Origin: an uncultured Coprobacillus sp.
GTDB taxonomy: Bacteria > Bacillota_I > Bacilli_A > ML615J-28 > CAG-698
Direction of reading: 5' to 3'
Length of the DNA: 64,000 nucleotides
Assembly (NCBI GenBank): GCA_964389905.1
Contig: CAYMGD010000001.1
Span: 47,334-111,333 of the forward strand
The position numbers and the translations under genes are program-made. The notes under the pieces were generated by a model that saw only the letters and a list, made by a program, of their open reading frames with translations, ran no database searches and was not told the DNA's origin. Numbering within the stretch: position 1 is the first letter of the stretch; every line of letters begins with the position of its first letter. This document shows positions 18,538 to 29,342 of this stretch, one piece after another.

Positions 18538-21500
18538 ATGAGAGAAAAAAACAAGCATACTTATTCCCATTTAATGGGAGTTATTTTTAAAAAGGTAATT
18601 TTGATTGCAATAGTGATTTTGCTATGTGGTGCAATCTTTATACCACTGGAAAGTAATAAATTAAATGCTAAGATTGTAATCGAAGAAGATGAAACTGCAA
18701 TACCAACAATTGATACTTCGACTATTATTCCTGGTTCAAAGCCAACAGGAACAACAACAGCAGCACAAGCAGCTGCAAATTATGTGACGAATTTGGCTGT
18801 TGATTTAACAATTCTTCCTGAAACAATAACACCTACAACTTCAACATTTTCGAATCTTTGTACAGGTGCTATTACATGGATTGCTAATAGAGCACTTAAA
18901 GAATTTACTTCTTATGTTATTTCAGAAGATATAGATGTATTGAGTGATTTTCTTATTGCTGTGCAAGATCCAGCAACAAGAGCAGAAATGCAACATAAAG
19001 CTCTAGTTAAAGAAATTGCTACGATTGTAAAAGATATACAAGTAAGTGTAAATAAAATATCAAGTCAACTTGATGAAGTAGCAGATGAACTTGGGAAATA
19101 CGAAACAGCTAATGCGTATGAACGTGCAACAATTAGTTTACGTGATAATTACACACAAAAGTATCAAGCTGCTTGGTCAAATTATCAAAAAGTTGTAGAG
19201 ATAGGATTAGAACTTGATAATCTTGAAAAAAAATATCCAGAAAGCAGTCGAACTGACTCTCAAACAGCTGAAATTGAGGCGTTAGAATATGCCCTTGAAG
19301 TTGCAACTGAAATGTATATTAGTACTGCGAAAAATTTGGATTTTCTTACTGATATCCAAACTATTTCAGGAACTTTTTGGGATCCTAACAATAAAACATC
19401 TTCTTATTTAGGAGCATACGAAGCATTCTTGCGAGAAAGATATACTTTTGAGCATCAAATAATTGACAATTTTGGAGTAGCTATTTCTTCTTGTGTCGAT
19501 TTGTATAATGAAATATTTGTTCTTTATACTGAATATTATACATATTTAAAAGAAAAAGCTGAAGAAAATGGTGATTTTGAAACATATAAACTTTATACTG
19601 AAAATTATTTCAATAATATAAAATATAGTATTACGCAAAATATAAATGCGATGGTTGAATCTATTGGTGTAAGTAGTTGGTTAGTTGAAGATAAACTTAC
19701 TCAAGATGAAATAGACCAAGCAATGGAAATTTATTCTGATTTTACAGAACCAGAAACTATCAATTATAAAGTTTCAATTAATGGTACAACTTATAACTCA
19801 TATCGAGTAAGAGCAAATAAAGATCTTCAATATTATATTATTCTAAAAAAATCTTTTACAGGACGTGATTTAGTTACAGGTTATTCGATAACTGAAAGAA
19901 CCAACGGAGCATCTAAATTTGTTCTTTATCGTCCAGAGTTTATGTTTAATGGACAATATACCGATGATGGTCAATTTAAGATGATATCATCACTTAAGGA
20001 ACTTTCATTTATTAGTAATAGTTGGACAAATCTTAGAGCATCACTTCGTGATGATTATGGTGGTAATTTATCAGGCTTATCAGCTGATATAAATAAAGTT
20101 CTTTTGTATAATTTTGAATGGACAGAATCACTAAATGCTGCTTCAACTTATGCAAGTTGGCCGATGAAATTTAGTAGTATTGATCTTAGTAATATTGATG
20201 TTGAAGTTGAAGATGTAAAAGCAAGAGCAGTTTACGAAGGCAACACTAGTTATCAAGCAATGGTAATTTATAAAGATATTGTAACTTCTATGAGTTATGA
20301 TAAGACTGGAACAAAAAAGATTAATGATGTGGATAATCTATCAAATAGAGTATTCCATGTATCTTATGGCCAAACATTTGATATATCTTCACTAACAAAA
20401 GATGCATCTAATGTTACTATTTATATAACAGGTTCAGCTACAATAAAATCTAATCCTAAAATTAAATTAAATAATTCGAATATTATTATTTGTAATACTG
20501 ATGAAAGTGATGTTGTTGAGTTAGAGAACGTTAATGTTGTCGCAACAAAACTTAGTGAAGCAGCTTTAAAAATTAAAACTGCATGTACTGTAAAAATGAC
20601 AGGTACTAACACATTTGTAGGAACAGCTAGTGTTAGTAGTACAACAAATCGTGATGAATTTTATATGAATTATACAAAAACGCGACCAATATTTGCTAGC
20701 CATGGAATCATGACTGATGGCAATGTTACGTTAACAGGTGGTGGAAAAGTTGTCGCAACAGGTAAAGATGGGGGAGCAGGTATTTGCTTTAATAGTGGAA
20801 ATCTTACAATTGATAATCTTACATTAGAAGCAACTGGTTCAAAACTTGTTAATGACGTAATTACAGTTGGTGCAGGTATTGGCTCTTGTGTTTCATTCTA
20901 TATTAAAACATATACTGATACAACGACATGGGTTGTATCAAAACAAAATACTTTCATTTCGAAAAATGGTTTAATTTATCGAGGTGACTCGGGAAAAACA
21001 GGAACTGGAGTACTTTCAATTGTTGATTCAACGGTTAGTGCTTATGGTAGTGATGTTTACCAAAATGCAAAAATCAGTAAACCAGTTACAGTTGAAGATA
21101 TCGGTGGAGTAGAATTAACTGTTGGTGTCGATCCTAAAGGAGAAAGCGAAGAATGGCATTACTACTGTATGAAGGGTGGAACAATCAGAAATAGCACGAT
21201 AACAACTAAAAGTGCATCTATAACTTCAAGAATTGATAAGAAAGATGTGGAAAATGTGTTTAATCCAGAAGAAATAAAGATATCAGCATTTACAAAAGGC
21301 TCTAACGGAGTTACAACTGATGGAATTTCTTTTAAACTTTACGGAACAAAAGGAGAAAGTGATTGGATTGAAGCAAGTGAGATTGGTAACGATAAAGGGG
21401 ATTCTTCACAAACTGTTTTAGGAAAAACTGTTGGTGAAATAACAAAAGTTGATTTTAAAACTAATGCAGATAATGCTTGGTGGGCTGGTAAAATTACAAT

Positions 21501-22962
21501 TGAATGCCTTTATAGTGAAAACAGTGTAACACTATACGGAGGAAGATGGATTGGCAAAGGTGGAAAAACACTTAAACCAACTGATAACGTGTATGCGGTA
21601 ACTGTTAATACTGGAACAGAAAATGGCGCGGGAACTGATGCAGATATAACTCTTTATTTGCAGGATAGCAATGGCGAAAAAACTGATGTTGTTGAACTGA
21701 ATGATATATCACAATTCTCTAATGCATTTGAGAATGGAGACTCAGAAACATTCTATATTTATGCTCCTGACAAATTCGCAGAATGCACTTATGCATATTT
21801 CTATTCAAATCATAAATGGGCAAAAGCCGATTGGTTATTACAAAGTTTTACAGTTGAAAAAGTTTTAGGAACAAGTGCCGATAACGGATTCACACACAAT
21901 TGTGCTCAATGGCTTACAGAAGACAAAACCGTATGTTTTGGTAAATATTCAGGATATACTGGTCAATTCTATCTTGAAGTAAAAACATCAGACAGAAGTG
22001 GCGCAGGAACTGATTCTGCTATATATCTTACTATATATGGTGACAAAGGAGATACTGGTGAAGTTAATATTGGAAAATATGCAGGTGACGGCAATAATTT
22101 TGAAAGAAACGATAAAGATTGCTTTAATGTTGTATATGACAAAGGAACAGTAGGTACAATTAACAAAATAGTCATCCGAAAAGATAATAGTGGCGTAGGC
22201 CCAGATTGGTATTGTGATTACATTATCATAACTGAAAAAGTTGCCGAAGGACAAAAAGGTCAATGTGTTAAATTTAATTTAAACAAAAAACAAATAAAAA
22301 ATAAAACATATACTTTCGATTCAAGCTATATATCATCAAGTACTCGTAAATCAGGCCAAACTGTAAATAGAGAAATTCTATCAAACCTTGAAAAGAACGA
22401 TGATGGATCTTTCTCACTTGATGTTGATAGAACAATTGTTTTGAGCGAAGAAGCATTCACACTAATTTCTGAAAGTAATGCTATATTTACACTTAATATG
22501 AAAGATAGCGATGACAAACTACTTTATAGTGTAACATTTGATGGAAGTAAATTTGATTCACATACAGCACTAGAATTTAAGAGTGGATATTCATCAAGTA
22601 ATGGGTATGCAATAATAGACTTCCTTGCAAACGCAAAACTTCCTGCTGGAACGACTTTAAAAGTCAATGCTGCACAACTAGGATTTTCTGATACTGATTC
22701 AATTTGTGTACTTGAAAAAGGAGAAAACGGTTGGAGTGATGAAGTAGAAGTCGAAAGCAAAGAAGGAATAGTAACTTTAAATCTTGAAGATGGTAAACAA
22801 TTGCTTTTGAAAGCACATAATGTTGATATTCCATCAACTACTGAAACTGAAAAAGAAGGAAGTTACACGTGGATTTGGATTATTGCGGCAATATTCTTTG
22901 TTGCAGTGGTAACAGTAGTTGTTATATTGAGAAACAAAAAACAAACAAGGAAATCCGCTTAA
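18538..22962 (+). CDS. Large membrane-anchored surface protein with PLAT/LH2-like repeats (N-terminal TM segment, C-terminal TM anchor)
   Basis: RBS AAAGGAGAAATT before the ATG at 18538. N-terminal hydrophobic segment. GAGTDADITLYLQDSNGEKTD and SGAGTDSAIYLTIYGDKGDTGEV are PLAT-like GTD motifs. C-terminus WIWIIAAIFFVAVVTVVVILRNKKQTRKSA. Confidence 0.45.
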   Translation: MREKNKHTYSHLMGVIFKKVILIAIVILLCGAIFIPLESNKLNAKIVIEEDETAIPTIDTSTIIPGSKPTGTTTAAQAAANYVTNLAVDLTILPETITPTTSTFSNLCTGAITWIANRALKEFTSYVISEDIDVLSDFLIAVQDPATRAEMQHKALVKEIATIVKDIQVSVNKISSQLDEVADELGKYETANAYERATISLRDNYTQKYQAAWSNYQKVVEIGLELDNLEKKYPESSRTDSQTAEIEALEYALEVATEMYISTAKNLDFLTDIQTISGTFWDPNNKTSSYLGAYEAFLRERYTFEHQIIDNFGVAISSCVDLYNEIFVLYTEYYTYLKEKAEENGDFETYKLYTENYFNNIKYSITQNINAMVESIGVSSWLVEDKLTQDEIDQAMEIYSDFTEPETINYKVSINGTTYNSYRVRANKDLQYYIILKKSFTGRDLVTGYSITERTNGASKFVLYRPEFMFNGQYTDDGQFKMISSLKELSFISNSWTNLRASLRDDYGGNLSGLSADINKVLLYNFEWTESLNAASTYASWPMKFSSIDLSNIDVEVEDVKARAVYEGNTSYQAMVIYKDIVTSMSYDKTGTKKINDVDNLSNRVFHVSYGQTFDISSLTKDASNVTIYITGSATIKSNPKIKLNNSNIIICNTDESDVVELENVNVVATKLSEAALKIKTACTVKMTGTNTFVGTASVSSTTNRDEFYMNYTKTRPIFASHGIMTDGNVTLTGGGKVVATGKDGGAGICFNSGNLTIDNLTLEATGSKLVNDVITVGAGIGSCVSFYIKTYTDTTTWVVSKQNTFISKNGLIYRGDSGKTGTGVLSIVDSTVSAYGSDVYQNAKISKPVTVEDIGGVELTVGVDPKGESEEWHYYCMKGGTIRNSTITTKSASITSRIDKKDVENVFNPEEIKISAFTKGSNGVTTDGISFKLYGTKGESDWIEASEIGNDKGDSSQTVLGKTVGEITKVDFKTNADNAWWAGKITIECLYSENSVTLYGGRWIGKGGKTLKPTDNVYAVTVNTGTENGAGTDADITLYLQDSNGEKTDVVELNDISQFSNAFENGDSETFYIYAPDKFAECTYAYFYSNHKWAKADWLLQSFTVEKVLGTSADNGFTHNCAQWLTEDKTVCFGKYSGYTGQFYLEVKTSDRSGAGTDSAIYLTIYGDKGDTGEVNIGKYAGDGNNFERNDKDCFNVVYDKGTVGTINKIVIRKDNSGVGPDWYCDYIIITEKVAEGQKGQCVKFNLNKKQIKNKTYTFDSSYISSSTRKSGQTVNREILSNLEKNDDGSFSLDVDRTIVLSEEAFTLISESNAIFTLNMKDSDDKLLYSVTFDGSKFDSHTALEFKSGYSSSNGYAIIDFLANAKLPAGTTLKVNAAQLGFSDTDSICVLEKGENGWSDEVEVESKEGIVTLNLEDGKQLLLKAHNVDIPSTTETEKEGSYTWIWIIAAIFFVAVVTVVVILRNKKQTRKSA

Positions 22963-23026
22963 GATTAGGCTTTGTAAAAAAATATTGTGATAAATCGCCC
23001 CTGTCAAGAACTCTTGTAATGAGAAT

Positions 23027-23073
23027 AAGACCATAATTCAAAGCAAATAAACTTTGAAATTATGGTCTTTTAT
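23027..23073 (+). terminator. Rho-independent terminator (17-bp stem AAGACCATAATTCAAAG / CTTTGAAATTATGGTCTT + TTAT)
   Basis: Long, perfect hairpin downstream of the 22962 stop. Confidence 0.65.
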
Positions 23074-23100
23074 GTAAACTCGCGTTTTATCCTATGCCAA

Positions 23101-23925
23101 CAAAGAACTTATCTCTATGTATTTTAGAATAGGGAAAATTATAGACGAAAATGCAGAATATGGCAACGGATTTATTAATGAATTATCGAAACATCTAAAA
23201 TTAGAATTTCCTAACGCCAACGGATATTCTCCGAGAAATTATGCAAGAATGCGCATAATTTTATATTGATTGAAAAAGTAAAAGATTTGGATATGCGCAT
23301 TTGGTATGCAGAGAAATGTATTGAAAACGGTTGGAGCAAGGTTGTTTTAGAACATCAAATTGATTTGCAATTATATGAAAGGCAAGCAGATTCATCTAAA
23401 AAATTGACGAATTACGAAAGTCGATTGCCTTCACCACAAAGCGAACTTTCTCGCGATATTATTAAAGATCCGTATATTTTCGAACTCGTGGGTTTAAAAG
23501 AAAAAATCGTAGAAAAAGATATAGAAAAGGCAATGCTTGAACAAATAAAAACGGTATTGCTCGAACTTGGCAAGGGATTTTCGTTTGTTGGAAATCAATA
23601 TATGATTTCAACACCGAATAATGATTACTTGATAGATTTATTGTTTTATCATTTGGAACTTCGTTGTTATGTCGTTGTGGAATTGAAAAATGCAGATTTT
23701 AAGCCAGATTTTGTTGGACAGTTGCAGTTCTATATTACGGCTGTGGATGAAACGTTAAAAAAAGAACAAGATAATTCAACAATAGGATTATTGCTTTGTA
23801 GAGGAAGAGATAGATATTCGGTGGAATGGTCGCTTAAATCGACAACTGCGCCGATTGGTGTCGCTTCTTATGAAATAAGAAATTATTTACCGACTGAAGA
23901 AGAGTTAAATAGATATTTAAAATAA
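23101..23925 (+). pseudogene. DUF1016 (YhcG-like PD-(D/E)xK nuclease) paralog, N-terminally disrupted
   Basis: 23266..23925 is collinear with residues ~120-333 of the intact copy 25640..26641 (WSKVVLEHQI..LYERQ.., LELGKGFSFVGNQY, LRCYVVVELK, IGLLLC). Nucleotides 23101-23265 encode the preceding segment (GYSPRNYARM) in another frame, with an internal deletion. Confidence 0.65.
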
Positions 23926-24030
23926 AATGGAGGCCTTGAGATAGAACATAAGTTTTTTATAACCATTCAAACAAAATGAAGATGTAAAAGCATAGTAAAA
24001 GTTATATTAAAATAATATTTATATGAATTG

Positions 24031-24059
24031 TTGACATATCCCATGAGATATGATAAAAT
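24031..24059 (+). promoter_or_regulatory. Sigma-70 promoter (TTGACA -17- TAAAAT)
   Basis: Canonical hexamers. Followed by the 5'UTR hairpin TTTCACC-aaatc-GGTGAAA, then RBS GGAGG. Confidence 0.5.
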
Positions 24060-24092
24060 TATTTCACCAAATCGGTGAAACGGAGGATTATA

Positions 24093-25160
24093 ATGAAACA
24101 AAATTATTGTGAAAACCAATATATACAATTAGCAAAACAATTGTTTTATGAAACTCTTAATAAAATACCTTATGTATCAAATGTTGAAATAAGAAATATA
24201 AATACAAAAGATGAATTTGGTAGTTTTTATGCTCTTGTTAAATACTCTGATACTGATGATTCACAAAAATTTTGCATTGAGGTTAAGTCTAATGGTGAAA
24301 GAAGATATGTTAATACATTTATGGAAGTGGCTTCAAAATTTGATGATGCCTGTTATGTCTTTATGGCTCCATATATATCTGAATCTTCAGCAGTTAGTTT
24401 GATTAATAATTGCAATAGTTTTATGGATTTGTCAGGCAACTGTTATATACTAACAAAACGAATAATTATGCATTATCAAGGCAAAGAAAACAAATATCTC
24501 TTAAAAAAAGAGAAAAAACAATATTTTTCAAAGTCTTCTTCAGTTGCATCACAGATTATGCGAACAATGTTAGATAAGCCATATGAACGATGGGGAGTTA
24601 AATCATTATCAGAAATGACTGGTAAGGCAATCGGAACTGTATCAAATGTAAAAAACTTCTTAAAAGAGCGTTTATGGATAGAAGAATATCAGAATGGTTT
24701 TGAACTAAAAAACATTAAAGAACTATTATGTGAATGGTCAAAAGATTATCATAAAAAAGATTCACTTATATATGAATATTATTCATTGGATTCTATACCT
24801 GAAATTGAAAAACATATATCCGAATGGAATATGATTAATAATAGTAAAGTATATTTAGGGTATTTCTCAGCAGCTGATAGATATGCACCAACTGTTCGAT
24901 ATCAAAGAATAAACTTATATGTTGATTTACAGCTTCTAACAAAATTTATAGAATATTTAGATCTAAAACCAGTTGAATTTGGAGGTAATGTTATTATTAC
25001 AATTCCTCACGATGAAACTGTAGAAATGTTTTCACGAAAAATAAAGGAAGACTATGTTACATCACCAGTTCAAACTGTAATTGATTTATTAGGAGATGCA
25101 GGCAGGGGAGAAGAGGCTGCAGAAACAATTATTTTGAAGGAATATGGTGAAAAAGTATGA
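24093..25160 (+). CDS. Hypothetical protein (possible N-terminal PD-(D/E)xK-like motif plus a wHTH-like middle region)
   Basis: RBS CGGAGG 6 nt before the ATG at 24093. YSDTDDSQKFCIEVKS resembles a D..E.K nuclease core. No family recognised with confidence. Confidence 0.3.
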   Translation: MKQNYCENQYIQLAKQLFYETLNKIPYVSNVEIRNINTKDEFGSFYALVKYSDTDDSQKFCIEVKSNGERRYVNTFMEVASKFDDACYVFMAPYISESSAVSLINNCNSFMDLSGNCYILTKRIIMHYQGKENKYLLKKEKKQYFSKSSSVASQIMRTMLDKPYERWGVKSLSEMTGKAIGTVSNVKNFLKERLWIEEYQNGFELKNIKELLCEWSKDYHKKDSLIYEYYSLDSIPEIEKHISEWNMINNSKVYLGYFSAADRYAPTVRYQRINLYVDLQLLTKFIEYLDLKPVEFGGNVIITIPHDETVEMFSRKIKEDYVTSPVQTVIDLLGDAGRGEEAAETIILKEYGEKV

Positions 25161-25639
25161 AATATTAAAAGGCTACTTTTGAGAAATGGTTATGAAAAAC
25201 ATCATCAAAAGTATTTTACGTTTGTAAAGACAATAGTAATTGATAGTGCTTCACAACTGGAGGCAATTTTGCTTTTGATTGTCTTTCATATAATGTTAAA
25301 ATTGAATATATTCGTCAGGATGGTATATTTGATTACGGACATATACGAGTTATTTCAATTGTACCATATATAATAATGAAAACTTTAACACTTGGCTGTG
25401 GTGAACCGAACTAGATCATTCTGGACCCATTGATAGAGTAAAATTTTTAGGCGCTACGGGGAGTGAAGCTTTAAGAATAAAACAAGATTCTTATCAAAAA
25501 GTTAAATATCTTGTGGAAAAGATAAAAAATTAATTGAAAAATTAAAAATAAAGTATTAACAAGCATAATAAAAGCTATTGATGAATTATGCTTTTTGTAT
25601 TATACTATAATTGTAATTTTGTAATAATGAGGTAATTCT

Positions 25640-26641
25640 ATGCTTATAAACGATAATCAATATATAGGTGTAATCGAATCTATAAAGACTGAAATATCCA
25701 AAGCTCAATATAATGCCACATTGCAGGTGAATAAAGAACTTACTTTGTTGTATTATCATATTGGTTGCATTATTAACGAGCATAAATCGTGGGGAAACAA
25801 GTTCATAGATAATCTTGCCAGAGATATTAAACTTGCATATCCGAGCAGCACGGGCTATTCGGTAAGAAACTTAAAATATATGGCAAAATTTGCCACAGCC
25901 TATGATGAACAATTTGTGCAACAAGCTGCTGCACAAATTCCGTGGGGGCATAACATTGTTTTGCTTGATAAGATAGCCGATGTATCAATTCGCAAATGGT
26001 ATATAGGAAAAATTATAGAAAACGGTTGGTCGCGCAGCGTACTGGTTCATCAAATTGAAAGTGGATTGTATGAAAGACAAAAGGTAGCACAAAAGATAGC
26101 CAACTTTGAAAAGGTTTTGCCTACACCACAAAGTGAACTTGCTATGCAAGCGATGAAAGATCCCTATGTATTCGATTTTATTCCTCTCAAGGATGATATG
26201 GTCGAGCGTGATATCGAAAGCGCTCTTGTAAAAGACGTTACAGCTCTTTTATTGGAACTAAGCACGGGTTTTGCTTTTCTTGGAAATCAATATCATTTGA
26301 ACGTGGGAGGCGATGATTTTTATATTGATTTACTATTTTATAATCTTAATCTTCGTTGCTATGTTGTAATCGAATTAAAAACAGGTGAATTTAAGCCTGA
26401 ATACGCTGGACAACTGAATTTTTATCTTTCTGCCGTTGATGGTCAGTTGAAAAAGGAAAACGACAATCCCACTATCGGGTTGTTGCTGTGCAAAAGTAAA
26501 AATAATTTAGTTGCAGAATATTCTTTGAAAGATATGAGCAAGCCTATGGGAATTAGCGAATACAAAATAAGCAGCGTATTGCCTAAAGAATTAAACTATC
26601 AACTCCCATCGGTAGAAGATATTCAAAAACGTATAAAATAA
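25640..26641 (+). CDS. DUF1016 / YhcG-family PD-(D/E)xK nuclease (intact copy)
   Basis: 333 aa. Conserved blocks WSRSVLVHQIESGLYERQ, PYVFDFIPL, GFAFLGNQY, LRCYVVIELK, IGLLLCK. Confidence 0.6.
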   Translation: MLINDNQYIGVIESIKTEISKAQYNATLQVNKELTLLYYHIGCIINEHKSWGNKFIDNLARDIKLAYPSSTGYSVRNLKYMAKFATAYDEQFVQQAAAQIPWGHNIVLLDKIADVSIRKWYIGKIIENGWSRSVLVHQIESGLYERQKVAQKIANFEKVLPTPQSELAMQAMKDPYVFDFIPLKDDMVERDIESALVKDVTALLLELSTGFAFLGNQYHLNVGGDDFYIDLLFYNLNLRCYVVIELKTGEFKPEYAGQLNFYLSAVDGQLKKENDNPTIGLLLCKSKNNLVAEYSLKDMSKPMGISEYKISSVLPKELNYQLPSVEDIQKRIK

Positions 26642-26713
26642 ATTAGTCTTATAAAAAATGTGGTTTTACTATCTGTAAAGAACTCTTGTGATGATAACAA
26701 AAGTTCTTGACAG

Positions 26714-27193
26714 ATGTTTTTTTATTTTCACCGAAAAGGTACAAAAGACCTTTATATACGAATAAACATAAATAATCAAAAAACATCATACATTACTCTA
26801 AAGAAGAAAAACCTACTATTTTATTTGAAAAAAGAGTATTTAATCAAAATAAATAATATTGATCTTTTAAGAAACTATGAAAGTCGTCAAACCAGAAAAG
26901 TTTCTAAAGACTCAACAATTACATATTCTGGATGTAAATACTCAGTTCCAACTATTTACATTAATAAAATAGTTGAGATAGAATTTGATAGTAAAAAACT
27001 ATCAATATATTATAACAAAAAATTTATAACTTGTCATACAATTTCAAATAATATTTACAATTATCATAAAGAAGATTTAATAGATGTTATGAAAAGTGAT
27101 GTTTACAAAAATAAATCATATGAAGAGTTAGAAAAAATAGCTGATGCTCGTTTAGCTAGTTATGATAAATTAGGCAAGAAAGGTGGCAACTAA
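26714..27193 (+). pseudogene. istA: IS21 transposase IstA, C-terminal fragment only
   Basis: VSKDSTITYSGCKYSVPTIYINKIVEIEFDSKKLSIYYNKKFITCHTIS matches the IstA C-terminal region (..YSVP..). No upstream DDE domain. Confidence 0.5.
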
Positions 27194-27195
27194 AT

Positions 27196-27441
27196 ATGCA
27201 AAAAACTAGTACAAGCGAATTATTAAGCAAATTAAACGAATATTTTAATGTATATAATAAATTAAATAACATAACTTATCATAACTTACAAAAAACAAAA
27301 AAATTAATTCAAGAAATTAGTAAACAGATTAATGTTAATTCGGAACTAACAAAAGATATAAAGATACATTTGTACACATTGCAATTAACATTAGAAGAAA
27401 TTGATGAAATAATAAACAAACATTTAGAGGAGAATAAATAA
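27196..27441 (+). CDS. Small hypothetical ORF between the istA fragment and istB
   Basis: 81-aa ORF, no recognisable motif. Confidence 0.2.
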   Translation: MQKTSTSELLSKLNEYFNVYNKLNNITYHNLQKTKKLIQEISKQINVNSELTKDIKIHLYTLQLTLEEIDEIINKHLEENK

Positions 27442-28176
27442 ATGAGTAAATTAACAGAACTTAGTAACAATTTAATAAATTTAAATCTGACAAAAATGAA
27501 TGAAACATTACCATACATTTTAGAGAGAAAACAAATCGATAATAATATTTTAATTGATATATTGTATGAATTATCAACAAATGAATTACAATTTAGAGAT
27601 GAAAGGGCAAAGCAAATTAATATAACAGTATCAAACTTTCTAATAAAGAAAGATATAAATGAATTTGATTTTTCATTTCAACCTTCGATAGATAAAAATA
27701 AAATAATGGATTTATTAACACTAAGGTTTTTAGATAAAAATGAAAATATTCTATTTCAAGGAATGCCAGGAACAGGCAAAACGATGCTGGCGTGCTGTAT
27801 AGGAAGGGAAGCTGCAAGTAATAGGGTAAGTACATATTTTATTAATTGTAATGATTTAATAAATGATTTGAGAAAAGCAAAGTATGAAAATAAATTAGAA
27901 CAAAAGGTGAAATTTTATAATAAATACAAGTTATTAATAATTGATGAAATAGGCTTCTTACCATTATCAAAAGATGATGCAAATATGTTTTTTCAGTTAA
28001 TAGCAAAAAGATATGAAAAGAAATCAACAATAATAACAACAAATATACCATTTTCAAAATGGGGAGATACATTTAATGATTCAGTAATAGCAACAGCAAT
28101 ATTAGATAGATTATTGCATCATTCACATATATTTCAAATTGATGGACCTTCGTATAGGACCAAGGATATACTATAA
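27442..28176 (+). CDS. istB: IS21 helper ATPase IstB
   Basis: Walker A GMPGTGKT, Walker B LLIIDEIGF, C-terminal ILDRLLHHSHIFQIDGPSYR. Confidence 0.75.
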   Translation: MSKLTELSNNLINLNLTKMNETLPYILERKQIDNNILIDILYELSTNELQFRDERAKQINITVSNFLIKKDINEFDFSFQPSIDKNKIMDLLTLRFLDKNENILFQGMPGTGKTMLACCIGREAASNRVSTYFINCNDLINDLRKAKYENKLEQKVKFYNKYKLLIIDEIGFLPLSKDDANMFFQLIAKRYEKKSTIITTNIPFSKWGDTFNDSVIATAILDRLLHHSHIFQIDGPSYRTKDIL

Positions 28177-28505
28177 ATAAACATAGGCATTTTTGCACAT
28201 GATTTCTCAAGTATAAATTACCATAATTATTAATACTAATTTTACTTTTTTTAAAATTTTTATTGACAATTACACTATTTGCACAGTTTAAATAGTGAAA
28301 CTGTTATTTTTCGTAAAATAAAAAAATTTTATTTGAATTAAAAATGTTTATGATATTTATCATATCTAAATATGTTATCTCATCATATACTTAATGTGAA
28401 CTTATACAGACTAATTCAAATAATAATATGATTATTTTTTATAAAAGACAAAAAAGTCTCACCATCTTCATTAACGAATAAAAATGAGACTATCAGTATT
28501 ATTTT

Positions 28506-29321
28506 TTATTTATTATGTTTTTTATTTATCTTTCTTATCTCATCTTCTAAGTATTCATCTATGCAACTAATATTTTTATCTCTCACTTCTATGACATCAA
28601 ATCCTTTTGATTTATAATAAGCTAATTTCTTTAATTCTGTTTTCATATATTTTTCATTATCTTCTAAGCCGAAAAATTCAATATAAATTCCTTTTTCTTT
28701 ACCAAATGTTTTCCCTTCAAATGGCAAATAAAAATCAGGATAGTACTCTTCCTCGTTATCTTCATTAACAACTCTTTTTTCATAAATATGAAGTATTTGG
28801 GCTTCAAATAAGCTATCATCAATTATACGTTCTGATTTACTTCTCACATAATGACCATCTTTGCAACGATAAGACATAGGGTAAACTCTTCTATAATCAA
28901 GTATTTCGTCTGAACCGAATTGTTCTTCCTTGACTAAAACGCTTCTGTTATCAACTTGTACTGATGATTGTGCCTCTATTTCTATATCTTTTTTATTTTT
29001 AAGTGATTCTAAATATGCTTTCTTTTTATTCAACAAATCATCAGCATCTTTTTTTGATTTTTCAATATAATTTTTTTGATTATATTGTTTTTCTAATACT
29101 TCACCAATTGCAAGAAGTTTTAAACAAGCCGTTTTAGCATAATCCATTCTTTTAAGTTTAAAAATATTATATTTTAAATTATTATAATAATCTTTTGTAT
29201 CTTCTAATGTATTAATACTTCCTTCTAATTCAGTTTTTATTCTATTTTTATCTACAAAGCAGTTATAACATAAATCATATTTTGCTTTTGAGCCGCATAT
29301 TATGCATAATTGTTCTTCCAT
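28506..29321 (-). CDS. Hypothetical protein with an N-terminal zinc ribbon (CxxC...CxxC) and a possible C-terminal PD-(D/E)xK-like fold
   Basis: CIICGSKAKYDLCYNCF. C-terminal YPDFYLP...IYIEFFG pattern. Start chosen at the second ATG, which has RBS GAGGTG. Confidence 0.3.
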   Translation of the reverse strand: MEEQLCIICGSKAKYDLCYNCFVDKNRIKTELEGSINTLEDTKDYYNNLKYNIFKLKRMDYAKTACLKLLAIGEVLEKQYNQKNYIEKSKKDADDLLNKKKAYLESLKNKKDIEIEAQSSVQVDNRSVLVKEEQFGSDEILDYRRVYPMSYRCKDGHYVRSKSERIIDDSLFEAQILHIYEKRVVNEDNEEEYYPDFYLPFEGKTFGKEKGIYIEFFGLEDNEKYMKTELKKLAYYKSKGFDVIEVRDKNISCIDEYLEDEIRKINKKHNK

Positions 29322-29342
29322 AGTACACCTCATAATTATTCT

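Larger units (their letters stand above)
26714..28176 (+). mobile_element. Degenerate IS21-family element (C-terminal IstA fragment + small ORF + intact IstB)
   Basis: See the component features. The DDE catalytic N-terminal part of IstA is absent. Confidence 0.55.

Noticed and set aside
25179-25373. 64-aa ORF downstream of the 24093..25160 gene
   Set aside because: No RBS, low-complexity hydrophobic composition. The region looks like a non-coding remnant. A nearby fragment (25380-25500) encodes ...FLGATGSEALRIKQDSYQKVKYLVEKIK without a start and could not be assigned to a family.
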